Part shown: positions 18,234 to 27,494 of the stretch, in pieces
Layout: every line of letters begins with the position of its first letter
Numbering within the stretch: position 1 is the first letter of the stretch
Assembly (NCBI GenBank): GCA_964549305.1
Contig: CAZJVM010000034.1
Coordinates: forward strand, 1-27,666
Length of the DNA: 27,666 nucleotides
DNA from: an uncultured bacterium
GTDB taxonomy: Bacteria; Schekmanbacteria; GWA2-38-11; J061
Direction of reading: 5' to 3'
Notes under the pieces: model-generated
Databases searched by the model: none
What the model saw: only the letters and a program-made list of their open reading frames with translations
What the model was told of the DNA's origin: nothing
Program-made: the position numbers and the translations under genes

Positions 18234-18351
18234 TTTATTCCTGAACTTAAAGTTAGTTAAAAAATTTCCTGAAAGTTAATCTATTAAAATTAATATTTCC
18301 AGAAAAAATCCTGAGAAGTCAGCATAGCAGGATATGACTTCAATACAGCGC

Positions 18352-19272
18352 TTAAAAGTATTTTGTACAGTCGGCAAGGGTTTTGAAGGAATATCCCTTC
18401 TTTTTAAGCACGGAGAGCACATAACCGATACTCTCCGCCTTTGATTCAGCGCTTTGTTTGAGACCGGGGTGCTGAGCGAGGATGGGATTATAGACGGGGG
18501 AATCGCTTTTGTCCGCGAAGTCAATCATATGGAGTTCGATATTTATGAACTTTTTCCTGCTTAAAAATGAGATGAGCGTGCTTAGAATGATTCGGGGAAG
18601 AAGTATAATTGTCGTTCCTATAAAAGGCACCAAAAAGATCGATGATATGGGGAATTCAATCAGCGCGGAATTTTTATCGCTTCTTGCGGGCAAATCTCCC
18701 AGGCGGTAAGGGTGACTGCTGTCAAAGGGAGTGGATTGGCTGTGAATATAACTTTTTGATTCAGTCTTCAATATTTTTTTCAGCTTTAGGAAAAACCATT
18801 TTCCGAAAAAATAGAGCGGAGAGGGAAGAGAGGAACTGTCATAGGAGTACCCCCTTTTCTTCAAAATGCCGATTAACTCCGATGAAATGTTATATCCGGG
18901 CGCTCTGAATCCTGCCGGTTTTTCACCTGTTATTCCTTCAATGAAGGATTCGTTTTTTCCCAAGTCGTCGTCAAGTTCATTGCCGCGCATTTTCGCCAGT
19001 CCGTAATCGTGCGAATGGCTATGGCTTGCGATTTCATGGCCTTCTTCCCTTATCCTCTTTATCATTTGAATTGTTGATTCGTTATTCTCACGGGCAGTTA
19101 TAAAAAAAGTCGCCCGGATATCGTGCTTCTTTAAAAGGTCGAGACAGCGGGGTATCGCTTTCATGTAGAGGGCGTTGTCTTCGCCCGTGTTTTTGTTTAT
19201 GCCGTAGATTTCGTAATAGCAGACAACGGGGTCTACATCGATATTTACGGAAGAAATTTTGGTAATGGACAC
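18352..19272 (-). CDS. Polysaccharide deacetylase (NodB/CE4 family)
   Basis: NIDVD, IRATFF, GHEIASHSHSH, GFRAPGY, YSYDSS, ELH..DF. Confidence 0.9.
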   Translation of the reverse strand: MSITKISSVNIDVDPVVCYYEIYGINKNTGEDNALYMKAIPRCLDLLKKHDIRATFFITARENNESTIQMIKRIREEGHEIASHSHSHDYGLAKMRGNELDDDLGKNESFIEGITGEKPAGFRAPGYNISSELIGILKKRGYSYDSSSLPSPLYFFGKWFFLKLKKILKTESKSYIHSQSTPFDSSHPYRLGDLPARSDKNSALIEFPISSIFLVPFIGTTIILLPRIILSTLISFLSRKKFINIELHMIDFADKSDSPVYNPILAQHPGLKQSAESKAESIGYVLSVLKKKGYSFKTLADCTKYF

Positions 19273-19282
19273 ATCAGCACTT

Positions 19283-20002
19283 TCAGTTTCTTTTAATTCT
19301 AATATTCCAGAAAAGCGTCAGGATATTCATCAACGCCTTGAATACACGTCTTCTCAGTCTTATAGAGGGGGTGCGTTTTTCGTCGAGAGTCATAGGCACC
19401 TCTTTTATTCTTATGCCGGCTTTTTCCGCCCTGATGACAAATTCGCTTGCAAATATATCCTTGGCCACTACGCATCTGTCCAAAACGGGCATAAGAGCGT
19501 CTTTTTTGAAAGCTTTTACACCGTGAGTGTCCGTACCACTGAATCCGAGAAATATCCATAAAAGCTTGTTTAGCACGAATGTGGCAAGGCGCCTTTTGAA
19601 GGGTCTGTTGTCCTTTGCGCCTTTCATCGCCTTTGAGCCGATTACCATTTCGGCATTGTTTTCTTCAAATTCCCTGAGGGCATTTTGGTAAAAGTCCTGA
19701 AAACAAAGGTCGATTTCATCGCAGACTACATATAAACCCTTTGCGCGCCTTATGCCTTCCTGAAGGGCAAGGCCGTAATTAGGTTCGGGATAATGGAAAA
19801 TTGATACTGCGGGATAAACCAATGACAATTCCTGTCCTTTTTTTATCGTATTGTCGTTACTGCCGTTTTCGGCGAGTATCAGTTCGAAGTCGTATTTGTC
19901 TTTGAAAGAAGCAAGGTCATCAAATAAGCTTTTGACGGCTTTTTCGAGAATATTTTCTTCGTTATAAACGGGAATAACTATGCTGACTAATGTTTTATCC
20001 AT
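19283..20002 (-). CDS. GT2 glycosyltransferase (polyprenol-phosphate glycosyltransferase / DPM1-like)
   Basis: SIVIPVYNEE, ENGSNDNT, NYGLALQEG, EID (DxD-like), MVIGSK, DTHGVKAF, IKEVP. Confidence 0.9.
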   Translation of the reverse strand: MDKTLVSIVIPVYNEENILEKAVKSLFDDLASFKDKYDFELILAENGSNDNTIKKGQELSLVYPAVSIFHYPEPNYGLALQEGIRRAKGLYVVCDEIDLCFQDFYQNALREFEENNAEMVIGSKAMKGAKDNRPFKRRLATFVLNKLLWIFLGFSGTDTHGVKAFKKDALMPVLDRCVVAKDIFASEFVIRAEKAGIRIKEVPMTLDEKRTPSIRLRRRVFKALMNILTLFWNIRIKRN

Positions 20003-20130
20003 TGAGCTTTTAAATCGTTAATTATACAGTTGCTAAAATTTTACTATAAAGCGCCTATATAGTCGACAGATTATCGCTTTTATAAAAGATAATTAGAATA
20101 TTTCATAGGTCTTTTGAAATTAAAAAATTC

Positions 20131-20161
20131 TTGACTAAATTTTTAAAAATTTATCTATACT
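20131..20161 (+). promoter_or_regulatory. Promoter with 19-bp spacer and perfect 18-bp dyad (MerR-type architecture)
   Basis: TTGACT (20131-36), 19 bp spacer, TATACT (20156-61). TAAATTTTTAAAAATTTA at 20136-20153 is a perfect palindrome. Confidence 0.5.
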
Positions 20162-20229
20162 TGAACATTAAATCTTTTTGTACGGCATAAAAATATTCCT
20201 GAAACTAATTCAACGGTGCAAAGTATCTT

Positions 20230-20943
20230 ATGAAAAAAAACGAGCTTAGCAGTCTTCTTAAAAAAGATTTAAAACTGGAGAAGGAAGTTATCGCCCTGAG
20301 AGTTTTTGACGGTGAGCTTCCCGAAAATATAATGGTGCCGCAATACGAGGGCGTAACGATGATGGGATTATGTTCGCTTATAGGCGAAATACAGTCAGAC
20401 CGGCGCGCTTTTTATATTACAAAAGGCAATGTTCGCTGTCCCGAAGCCCTCATATCTACCGGTTCCTGCGAAAAGCTTACCGACGAAGAACATATTAAAA
20501 CGATTGAGGAAATAATCGAAAACTTTCCCTATCACAAGGATGTAAAAACCGCGAAGAAATATTATGATGGTTTGGACGAATCCCTGACTTTTCCCGAAAA
20601 GAAATTCGACTCAATGATAGTGGGCACTCTTGAAGATGTGGAAGACCCTGATCTCGTACTGCTTTTCCTGAAGCCTAAATACGCGGACATTCTCAACAGG
20701 GTGCATGCCTATTTGGGTGAATTTATACGGGGGTTCGGCGGTACGGGCGGATGTATATTTCTTGTGCGTTATCCCTTTGTTACGGGGAAACCCACATTTT
20801 CCACAAGCGACCTTGCCTGGAGAACATTTACCGGAATGAACGAAAATGAGCTTACATTTGTGTATCCCTATAAAAAGCTTAAGGAAGTGGCGGGGGAGAT
20901 TCACGAAGTAGCGGAATACTGCAACGCATTCGGCAGTTGGTAA
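20230..20943 (+). CDS. DUF169 family protein
   Basis: LKLEKEVIAL, LCSLIG, RCP....G, GTLE....PDLVLLF..P, GGC....YP..TGKP..S..D...R..TGM.ENEL...YP. Confidence 0.75.
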   Translation: MKKNELSSLLKKDLKLEKEVIALRVFDGELPENIMVPQYEGVTMMGLCSLIGEIQSDRRAFYITKGNVRCPEALISTGSCEKLTDEEHIKTIEEIIENFPYHKDVKTAKKYYDGLDESLTFPEKKFDSMIVGTLEDVEDPDLVLLFLKPKYADILNRVHAYLGEFIRGFGGTGGCIFLVRYPFVTGKPTFSTSDLAWRTFTGMNENELTFVYPYKKLKEVAGEIHEVAEYCNAFGSW

Positions 20944-20988
20944 GAATGAACGGAAAGCTGATTAATTAATTTTTATAAGGGAGTAAAA

Positions 20989-22950
20989 ATGGCAACTGAA
21001 TATGGATGGAGAGGAAAAATATTAAATGTGGACCTTTCATCGGGGAAAGCAGGCGCGGAAAAGACTCCCGATTATGCGGACAGTTATATAGGAGGCAGAG
21101 CGCTTGCATCGAGAATTTACTGGGATGAGGTCAGCGCGAATACGGGCGCTCTTGATGCCGATAACCTTTTGATGATTTTGCCCGGACCGCTTACGGGAAC
21201 TCACGCCACTGCGTCGTCAAGATGGGTTATGACCGCGAAATCTCCCCATTCATATCCTGATCAATACGGTTTCGGAAATTCCGGAGGTTTTTTGGGCGCG
21301 GCGATTAAGCTTGCGGGATATGACGGTATAAAGGTTAGAGGCAAGGCGGATAAACCTTCATATGTATTCGTTGAAAACGGGAAAGTTGAAATTAAGGATG
21401 CAGGCGGATTGTGGGGGACAACTTCCGATGAAGCCCTCAAAAAGCTTCGCGAAGCGCACGGCAACAAAGCGAGAATTGTGACGATAGGTCCTGCAGGTGA
21501 AAACCTCGTGCGTTTTGCAATTGCCGTATCCGACCAGGGCGGTACCATATCAAACGGCATAGGTGCTGTGATGGGGTCGAAGAATCTCAAGGCGATTGTC
21601 GTAATGGGAGACAAGGGCGTGCCGGTTGCCGATGGTGAAAGACTGAAAGCCCTTAATCAGAGAATAAGGTTTTTGAGGAAAGGGCTTAACGAGAGCGTTT
21701 ATATGTCGGAACCGACAGTTGTAATCACCGACATTGAGAAGGGACAGAATACTCCCTGTTTCGGTTGTCCTGCCGGGTGCATGCGGGCGAAATTCAAGCA
21801 TAAATCGGGACTCGAAGAAGTCAGAAAGACCTGCGCCGCGGCATTTTTCTATTCTCCCTGGGATACTGCGAAACACGGTGAATCAACAGACGCGCCTTTC
21901 TTCGCCACCTCCCTCTGCGACCGTTACGGGCTATGCACAGGTGAAATGTCAAACATTATGAACTGGCTAAATAACTGCCACAAGCGCGGAATTATAAGCG
22001 AAGAAGAGATGGGCGTGCCCATCTCGGACATTGGAAGCGTTGATTTTATAGAAAAGCTCGTACATTCCATTTCATACAAGAAAGGATTCGGCGCGCTCAT
22101 GGCAGAAGGCACAAGAAGGGCGTCAATAGAAAAGGGGAAAGATGCCGAAGAGGTCGCGCTCGAGCGCATCATGCCTTCCGGTTATGTGAATGATTCATAC
22201 GGCGGAAGGGTATTTCTCATAACTTCGCTCTTTTATGCCACAGAGCCGAGGAATCCCATAATTCAGCTGCACGAAGTAAATTACGTGCTTCTGAAATGGG
22301 TGCTTTCATACACCACAAACGGGATGATGTCGCCCATCGATATCAAGACTCTCAAAAAAATATCAAAGAGAGTATGGGGAAGCGAGGAGGCAGCTGACCT
22401 GTCAACCTATGACGGCAAAGCGGAAGCTGCATACAGGATTCAAAACCGCCAGCACGCGAAGGAAACAATGGTCTCCTGCGACAGGTATTTTCCGATCTTT
22501 GAAACTGACCAGGAAGAGGGATATATGGGAGATCCCACATTTGTGCCTCAGCTTTTTTCGGCTGTGACGGGAGTCGAGATGTCAGAGGAAGAATATTACA
22601 AGGTTGGCGAAAGGTCTGTAAACCTGCAGCGCATAATTCAGGGCAGAGAGGGCAGAGCGGGGAGAAAAGACGACAAAATCCCCGAGTTTAATTTTACCCA
22701 ACCCGTAGAAACGTCTGAAGGCGTGCTTGGAATGTTCGATCCCGACCTCGAGTTTCCGGGTCCCGGCGAGGAGATAGTCAGCAGAAAAGGAAAAACTCTT
22801 GACCGCGACGGATTTGAAAGAATGTTGAGTGAATTCTATGAATTTCGCGGATGGGATGTGGAAACCGGACTGCAGAAGAAGGAAACTCTCGAAAAACTCG
22901 GCCTTGGCGACATCAGTGATGAAGCCGGTAAGCTTGGTTTGATTAAATAA
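20989..22950 (+). CDS. Aldehyde:ferredoxin oxidoreductase-family W/Mo-bis-pterin enzyme
   Basis: YGWRGKILNVDLS, YIGGR, GPLTGT, KSP, GYDGI, IGPAGENLVRFA, GAVMGSKNLKA, CFGCPAGC, DRYGLC, FYEFRGWD.ETG. RBS AAGGGAG. Confidence 0.93.
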   Translation: MATEYGWRGKILNVDLSSGKAGAEKTPDYADSYIGGRALASRIYWDEVSANTGALDADNLLMILPGPLTGTHATASSRWVMTAKSPHSYPDQYGFGNSGGFLGAAIKLAGYDGIKVRGKADKPSYVFVENGKVEIKDAGGLWGTTSDEALKKLREAHGNKARIVTIGPAGENLVRFAIAVSDQGGTISNGIGAVMGSKNLKAIVVMGDKGVPVADGERLKALNQRIRFLRKGLNESVYMSEPTVVITDIEKGQNTPCFGCPAGCMRAKFKHKSGLEEVRKTCAAAFFYSPWDTAKHGESTDAPFFATSLCDRYGLCTGEMSNIMNWLNNCHKRGIISEEEMGVPISDIGSVDFIEKLVHSISYKKGFGALMAEGTRRASIEKGKDAEEVALERIMPSGYVNDSYGGRVFLITSLFYATEPRNPIIQLHEVNYVLLKWVLSYTTNGMMSPIDIKTLKKISKRVWGSEEAADLSTYDGKAEAAYRIQNRQHAKETMVSCDRYFPIFETDQEEGYMGDPTFVPQLFSAVTGVEMSEEEYYKVGERSVNLQRIIQGREGRAGRKDDKIPEFNFTQPVETSEGVLGMFDPDLEFPGPGEEIVSRKGKTLDRDGFERMLSEFYEFRGWDVETGLQKKETLEKLGLGDISDEAGKLGLIK

Positions 22951-22995
22951 TATTTTGATTTTCGATAGATTCGTGTTTTCGAATAAGTGAATTTA

Positions 22996-23030
22996 AAAAG
23001 GGATATAAGGGGTTACCTTATATCCCTTTT
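22996..23030. terminator. Bidirectional intrinsic terminator
   Basis: Perfect 15-bp inverted repeat AAAAGGGATATAAGG-ggtta-CCTTATATCCCTTTT between convergent genes, with a T-tract on both strands. Confidence 0.85.
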
Positions 23031-23037
23031 AATCATA

Positions 23038-23283
23038 TTAAAAGAAATCAAACTTAATAGGCAAAGGTGAACAAAGGTTTTTTTCGCTTTTTGCCGCCCT
23101 GCCGCAGACATGACAGATATATTTTGCGTCTTTTGCAAGCTTGGCAACAGTTTTCATTTTTCTTGTACTTGTGATGTGACATAGATGTTTGCTGTGTCCC
23201 GGATGAGAATCTGACAGAGCTTCTTTTTTCTTCGAAGCAGTTTTTTTCACGGTTTTACCCTTAGTTGTTTTTTTACCGGCCAT
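23038..23283 (-). CDS. Small Lys-rich protein with Cys/His metal-binding motif
   Basis: Strong RBS GGAGG. Sequence KKTTKGKTVKKTASKKK, then HSKHLC...CHVCGRAA....LC.P. Followed by the terminator. Confidence 0.8.
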   Translation of the reverse strand: MAGKKTTKGKTVKKTASKKKEALSDSHPGHSKHLCHITSTRKMKTVAKLAKDAKYICHVCGRAAKSEKNLCSPLPIKFDFF

Positions 23284-23449
23284 AAAAATACCTCCATTTT
23301 TAAAGGTTTACGGATGAACAAAAACTTTCCTATTTTTTAGTTAATTAAAAGAAGAAATGCAAACACTACGAAGTTCTTTTGCCTGTGTATTCTGTGTGTT
23401 CAGAGGTTAATATTTTTGATTTTAATTTTTTACCACGGAATAAGTTAAA

Positions 23450-25204
23450 TTATCTTCTGTCGAAGAATTTTTCGATTTGCAAAGTGTCGAGCTTGAAGAC
23501 TGAATTTCTTCCGTGCGGGCAGTATGTGGAAAAGACGGTTTTGTCCATCTGTTTGAGGAGATTGTCCATCTCCTCCCTTTCGAGGCGATGATTTGCCCTG
23601 ATAGCCGAGTGGCATGCAAGGGATTGAAACATTGAATTGATAATAAATCCGTTATCTTTGCCTTCTCCCCTCGCGTCTATTCTTTCGATGCAGTTTTTGA
23701 GAAAATCATCAGGGTTTCTGCTGCCAAGCACGGCAGGCACTGCTGTTATCCGTAAACTACCGTCCCCGAAATCCTCGGCAAAGAATCCGAGTTTTTCAAA
23801 GTCTTCGCGGTTGCTTTCCCAGATGTTTTTTTCTTTCAACGTAACATCGCAGAGAAGTGGTATGAGAAGGTTTTGAGATTCGCTTTTTCTGATTAAGAAG
23901 TTTTCCTTGATCTTTTCGAAAAGTATCCGCTCGTGCGCCGCGTGCTGGTCTATAAAATAAATACCGTCTTGCGACTGCGCTATTATATATGAGTTTCTAA
24001 TCTGGCCTATAACATCGAGAGAAGAGTATCTGAAATTATTTTCGATATTAATTTGCGTGTCTCTGACAGTATATTCTTCTTTTGTATCATTTTCTCCTCC
24101 ACGTTTCCCGATGAATTCGCTGAGCTTTTCATCACTGTCAAAACTGTAGCTTTCAAAAAGGTTGAATTTGTCCTTTCTTTCCGGAGATATGCTTTCGCCG
24201 GAAAGTTTTACGGTCTTTACTTTTCTTTCTCCTCCAAGGGCGTCTCTTATTGCGTGTATGACGGCGGAAACAACCTTTCCTGAGTCGGAGAAGCGCACTT
24301 CCTGTTTTGAAGGGTGAATGTTTACATCGACAAGCGCGGGGTCGATTTCAACGAAGAGAAAAAGTGCGGGGTGCTTACCGCTTTTCAGTGTTTCGCCGTA
24401 TCCCCTGTTTATGGCGTGGTAAATGCCTTTGTCCCTTACACTTCTTCCGTTAACGAAAACATACTGCCAGTTTCTTGTCGCCCTGAGGTATGAGGGTCTC
24501 GATATGAAACCTTTCACGGATATGGTGCCGGGTGATTCGATTTTGATAAGGCTTTCCTTCATCTCTTTTTCAAAAATCTTTTCTATCTTATCGGTGAGCG
24601 AGTCGCTTTTCAATATTCTGAATATCTCTTTGTTGTTTGCCTGATAAATGAATTCTACGCCTTCTTTGGAAAGGGCGAGCTTTGTAATGCAGTCATCGAT
24701 ATGTCCCTGCTCGGTAGGTGTGGTTTTTAAAAACTTTCTTCTTGCCGGAGTGTTGAAGAAAAGGTTTCTGACTTCAACGGTCGTGCCTTTCGTAAAACCT
24801 TTTTTGCCGGTGCCTTTTATTTTTCCGCCTTCGATTTCTATTACAGTCGCACCCTCCATTTCATCCTTGCATGTGGTGATTGTGAAAAGGGATACCGCGG
24901 CAATGCTCGGAAGCGCTTCTCCCCTGAATCCGAATGTCTTAATGGTGTCAAGGTCATACTCTCTTTCAATCTTGCTTGTAGTATGCCTTTCGATTGCAAG
25001 CAACGCTTCTTCTTCGGGCATTCCGCATCCGTTGTCTGAAATCCTGATAAGCGCTTTGCCTCCGTCAATAACGGAAACTGTGACCGAAGTGCTGCCGGCA
25101 TCCAATGAATTTTCAACAAGTTCCTTTACGGCAGAAGCAGGTCTTTCAACGACTTCTCCCGCGGCAATTTTATTGATTACGCTGTCAGAAAGTTTCTTAA
25201 TCAT
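23450..25204 (-). CDS. mutL: DNA mismatch repair endonuclease MutL
   Basis: NKIAAGEVVERPASAVKELVENSLDAG, GFRGEAL, DVNIHPSK.EV, endonuclease motifs DQHAAHERILFE, ACH, CPHGR, clamp motif QNLLIP. Start at ATG 25204 by family alignment. Confidence 0.98.
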   Translation of the reverse strand: MIKKLSDSVINKIAAGEVVERPASAVKELVENSLDAGSTSVTVSVIDGGKALIRISDNGCGMPEEEALLAIERHTTSKIEREYDLDTIKTFGFRGEALPSIAAVSLFTITTCKDEMEGATVIEIEGGKIKGTGKKGFTKGTTVEVRNLFFNTPARRKFLKTTPTEQGHIDDCITKLALSKEGVEFIYQANNKEIFRILKSDSLTDKIEKIFEKEMKESLIKIESPGTISVKGFISRPSYLRATRNWQYVFVNGRSVRDKGIYHAINRGYGETLKSGKHPALFLFVEIDPALVDVNIHPSKQEVRFSDSGKVVSAVIHAIRDALGGERKVKTVKLSGESISPERKDKFNLFESYSFDSDEKLSEFIGKRGGENDTKEEYTVRDTQINIENNFRYSSLDVIGQIRNSYIIAQSQDGIYFIDQHAAHERILFEKIKENFLIRKSESQNLLIPLLCDVTLKEKNIWESNREDFEKLGFFAEDFGDGSLRITAVPAVLGSRNPDDFLKNCIERIDARGEGKDNGFIINSMFQSLACHSAIRANHRLEREEMDNLLKQMDKTVFSTYCPHGRNSVFKLDTLQIEKFFDRR

Positions 25205-25290
25205 AGTAGAAGGTTTTATGCGGATATTGGTAAAACTTTGTTTTCTTAAAATCAAGCAGTTACGGGGAAGAAAAACTATTTTTGACGGAT

Positions 25291-27417
25291 TTAATTCATA
25301 TAGCCCAATGCCCGCAACTTATCTTTTGTTTCTTCATCAAATACGATTTTTTCCTCTTTTGCAAGTCCGAGCATTTTTCTTTTTTCCCTGGCAGTTCTGT
25401 GCTCTTCGGCTATGAGCGATTTCGCTTTTTTCAACAATTCAGGCGAGGTGCCTGCGATGGAATTTGTTTCAAGGTGATCGACGGCAATGTTGTATAACTC
25501 CTCCCTGTCCGAAATCAGGGAATGTATATACTTGTAACCGTCAAAGATAACCGATTCCCTGTCCTCAAAATAGAGATGTCCCGAAGCATAAACAGTCCTG
25601 TCTTTAAAGGGGTTGTCTTCGTTTTCCGGAGTTAAATCGAGTGCCGGTACGGAAAGCGTTCCTTCGTCATATGCAACATCGCAGAGTTTGAGTATGGTGG
25701 GCATTGTGCTTGCTGTGGATACGATTCTGTCTGATCTTCCCGTAGATTCCATCGCGGGGAGTTTAATCATTAAAGGTATGTTAACAAGCTCATTGTAAAG
25801 GGTGTGCCCGTGCTCATAACCGTCGTGGTCCCAGAATTCTTCTCCGTGGTCGCTTAAAAAGATTATAAGCGAGTCATCGTAAATACCCAGTTCTTTGAGA
25901 CGCGCAATGAACCGTCCTATGTTGTCGTTTACATAACGGACTTCGCCTTCATAAAGTCCCTTAATCCACTTCCTGCTCTCCGGAGACGAAATATAATATC
26001 CGTAACGGATGCTTTTCCCGTCGTTGAATGATTTGCTAAGTCCCTTGGGCACTTCCATATCAGGCATATATTCTTTAGGCGGAGCATAGGGCACGTGGGG
26101 GTCAATGTAATGAAACCAGAGGAAAAAATCCCTTTCCCTGTTTTCTTCAATCCAGTTGATTGCAAGGTCGGTCAGTTCCTCTGTGTTGGCGTTAAGGGTG
26201 AAGAGATTGGGAAAAAGTCCACCTATGAGTTGGGTAATGTATGAGCTTTGCCCCTCCATTTTGGGGTAAAAGTCGATGTAATTAAAGCCCTGAAAAAGAT
26301 TGTTTGTCTTTATTGAGAGATAAACATTGTTTCCTATGGCGCCGCTGTAATAACCGTTTCCTGCCATATATTCCGCGAGAGTCTTCAAATCTCCGGTAAG
26401 TTTCGAATCTCTTTCGGTCATCTGATGTACGTGCGGATAAGTGCCCGTCATTATGGACGCGAATGACGGTATTGTCCAGCAGGACGACGATATGGCATTG
26501 TTGAAGACAACGCTGTCTTCGGCAAGTTTGTCTATGTTGTCCGTGCGAAATTTCGTTCCTCCGTAACAGGAGAGCATATCCTTCCTCAGCGTATCCACGG
26601 AAAGGAGAATGACGTGTTTGATTTTGTGATCTTTCTGTACAAAGCTTACAGGTTTGAATTTCGCATTGTTCCCCGCAATCACTTTTAGCATAACCGCGAA
26701 GACCATAAGGAATACAAGAGCGATAATGAATTTTAGAGGTCCGGAACTTTTTTGAGGATGCCTGAATATAATTGCCGTGGAAAATATCAGAAGCAGATAA
26801 ATAAATAAAACATACAGAAAATTGAGGGAAATATAATGCTCCACGTATTTTACGCAAATGACTGCAAAGAGCACCGTTTCAAGAAGTATGAAGGGGATGC
26901 TCAAACCGGAAGACGCAATCCTTTCCTTTAATCCCTTGCGAAATGCCGTGAGCTTTACGATTATATAGATCAATATTGCCGCAATGAAGGATATTATAAT
27001 AATTCCGTAAATTGTTTTAACAAGACTTGCCAGAAACCTTACCATATTGATTATGTAAATAATTATTCTCGCGTTGCTTTGATTAATTGAAGGCAACAGC
27101 AGAAGGAGGACAAAAGCGAAAGAGACGGACATCGCCAATGCGATGGCGTTAAGTGGAAAAATCTTTTCCAAAGCGGAATAAACAATGAGTATCGTAAAAA
27201 TATAAATTACAAGAAAAGCCATGAAGGTTATGAACATCAGAAGAAATGTGGCAGGGAGTGATTTCATACCGAAACTGCCGTAACTAAGCACGCTCACAAG
27301 AGGGTCAAGAAGAGATGTCAAAAGCGCTCCCGCAATGCCCGCCAGAAACACGGGATTTATGGAAGTATCATTGATATCAATATGTTTGTTAAGTTTCTTT
27401 ATAATCTTATCAACCAT
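25291..27417 (-). CDS. Membrane-anchored sulfatase-like hydrolase/transferase (alkaline phosphatase superfamily)
   Basis: ~7 N-terminal TMs. SVDTLRKD, WTIPSFASIMTG, HYIDPHVPY, YEGEVRYVN, SDHGEEF.DH...EHGHTLY, ELYN, LRALGY. Confidence 0.9.
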   Translation of the reverse strand: MVDKIIKKLNKHIDINDTSINPVFLAGIAGALLTSLLDPLVSVLSYGSFGMKSLPATFLLMFITFMAFLVIYIFTILIVYSALEKIFPLNAIALAMSVSFAFVLLLLLPSINQSNARIIIYIINMVRFLASLVKTIYGIIIISFIAAILIYIIVKLTAFRKGLKERIASSGLSIPFILLETVLFAVICVKYVEHYISLNFLYVLFIYLLLIFSTAIIFRHPQKSSGPLKFIIALVFLMVFAVMLKVIAGNNAKFKPVSFVQKDHKIKHVILLSVDTLRKDMLSCYGGTKFRTDNIDKLAEDSVVFNNAISSSCWTIPSFASIMTGTYPHVHQMTERDSKLTGDLKTLAEYMAGNGYYSGAIGNNVYLSIKTNNLFQGFNYIDFYPKMEGQSSYITQLIGGLFPNLFTLNANTEELTDLAINWIEENRERDFFLWFHYIDPHVPYAPPKEYMPDMEVPKGLSKSFNDGKSIRYGYYISSPESRKWIKGLYEGEVRYVNDNIGRFIARLKELGIYDDSLIIFLSDHGEEFWDHDGYEHGHTLYNELVNIPLMIKLPAMESTGRSDRIVSTASTMPTILKLCDVAYDEGTLSVPALDLTPENEDNPFKDRTVYASGHLYFEDRESVIFDGYKYIHSLISDREELYNIAVDHLETNSIAGTSPELLKKAKSLIAEEHRTAREKRKMLGLAKEEKIVFDEETKDKLRALGYMN

Positions 27418-27494
27418 AATATTCCGCTTGTTTTTGTAAAAACTCCTTTTTAATTTACTACAAAAAAGATGGTGCTGTTAAGGTTTTTTTGGAG

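Noticed and set aside
18238-18304. TTCC(T/A)GAA repeats upstream of moaB, also near 20196
   Set aside because: Short and irregularly spaced, and one copy is simply the moaB RBS. Not enough evidence for a ModE/TunR-type site.
24648-25415. 255-aa plus-strand ORF
   Set aside because: Typical antisense shadow of mutL.
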